A stretch of 64,000 bases of DNA, taken from the NCBI RefSeq assembly GCF_006345805.1, contig NC_043019.1, positions 14,445,360 to 14,509,359 on the forward strand. Reading direction: 5' to 3'. The translations under genes were made by a program, and so were the position numbers. Source of the DNA: Octopus sinensis. Taxonomy: Eukaryota. Below, piece after piece: positions 62,642-64,000 of the stretch. Every line of letters starts with the position of its first letter. The first letter of the stretch is position 1. A model generated the notes under the pieces. It made no database searches, had not been told where the DNA came from, and saw nothing but the letters and a program-made list of their open reading frames with translations.

Positions 62642-64000
62642 GATAAAATTATTTTGACACCCAGAATCTGAAAGTGACATCCATGTATCATCATCATGTC
62701 AAGATCTTAAGATACTGGATGCATAGAATTTCATTGGTCTTTCAATAAAACAGCTTATGAGGAATAAGGTATAACATACAAACATACATAGCAATGGATT
62801 TTCCTTCAAAACCAGAATGTTTTCTTGAAATTCTACTGAAGAACTATTAAAAATCTTCAAATTTCTATAGGCAACTTATATCATTGTTTTATGCCTAATT
62901 TCCCATGAATATCTGTTTGGATACTTTTCCTGAATGATGAACCTCAGGAAGATGACGAACCAAGTTCTAGTATGGGTCCACCATCGTATACAAGACTCAT
63001 TTGCCTTGATACCTTTATTCCATTGATTTTATGTCCTGATGGAAATGTTCTCCATGCTAGTCACTTGTGTCACCAAGATCTTTAGGGAATTCATCATGGT
63101 GGCTGTGGGCATTGTGCAGCTTTATGCTTATATTTGCTGTCAAGTTTTGAAAGTTCTCCAGCCATGTTGTCAACTATTTCAGCATAACTGGTTGCTTTCT
63201 TCTTTCCCAGAAAGTTATTTACAACTATTACAAATAAGTTCCATGTTTCATGTTCTCATCTTTCATAGATTTTCTGATTTGAGGCTCATCAAATACTCCA
63301 GCATTTATCTTTTTGCTGCTCAGACTGGGAAACATGCTGCAAATATGGTGAAAAAATGGTTTGTCTTTATCCAGAACTTCAACAATCTGCTTCATAATAC
63401 CAAATGGATTTGAGGAAGATATTTTTTTTTAAGCAGTTGAAATAAAGGCTCTTCAGCTACATTAAAAGACCCTGGAAGTAATGTTTGTTGTGGCCAATCT
63501 TTGATGATCCAATGTTTTTCCTTGGCTCTTAATTTCTGACAGCATTTCCACAAACAGACAATGCATTTTTCTGAAAAATGAGGAAAATGGCAAAGATTGT
63601 GGTGTTTGGGTATCTTGAAATCTAAACATAATAAAAATTACATTCCATTTAAGGATTCACCATTTCAAAAAGCCTTCAAACCAAGTAAAAATGTCCTGAC
63701 AATAAAATACCTGCTGGGTTGTTTAATTAAAATTGTTAAATGATTTCAAATGTTTGTCTTGCTCACCTTCATCACAAGGTATTGATTGCCCTGGGATTCA
63801 GTGGAAAATAACTGCTCAAGGTACCATTCACTAGGATTGAACCCAAACCCATATGACTGAGAAGTGATCTCCTTAACTACACGACCATGTTTAAGAGTAT
63901 TTAGTTCCAATTTTTTTATATTCTTTGCTCAAATTCTACAAATTCCGACATTGCTTCTTATCCCCACTGTATTATTTAAATAAATACTTAAATAAAGAGG

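Overview
AT-rich, microsatellite- and transposon-dense eukaryotic DNA. The SINE/LINE repertoire looks like an Octopus-type cephalopod genome; this is recognition from memory, not a database result. There is one 100-N scaffold gap at 44983-45082. The only recognisable cellular gene is a type II membrane fucosyltransferase-fold glycosyltransferase (FUT8/NodZ/GT23-like motifs), present as three copies of one large coding exon: c1 14958-16127 (-), c2 37918-39085 (+, frameshifted) and c3 61475-62641 (+). c1 and c2 lie in a large inverted segmental duplication, and c2 and c3 in a direct one. Main finding: the flanking junk DNA of the duplicates is about 98-99% identical, yet the coding exons differ almost only at amino-acid-changing positions (c1 vs c3, by-eye count: 40 replacement codons + 1 codon indel vs 3 synonymous codons). 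The changes cluster in the first catalytic motif and a hypervariable C-terminus. All three exons lack a start codon and begin at an identical splice acceptor, each with its own poly(A) signal. The rest of the window is mobile DNA: Tx1/L1, RTE (with a PHD finger in the RT region), CR1, two Gypsy families (one complete with TSD), Helitron, Tc1/mariner and Chapaev-like remnants, SINEs, MITEs, a 48-bp minisatellite and several Penelope-type hammerhead-ribozyme motifs.
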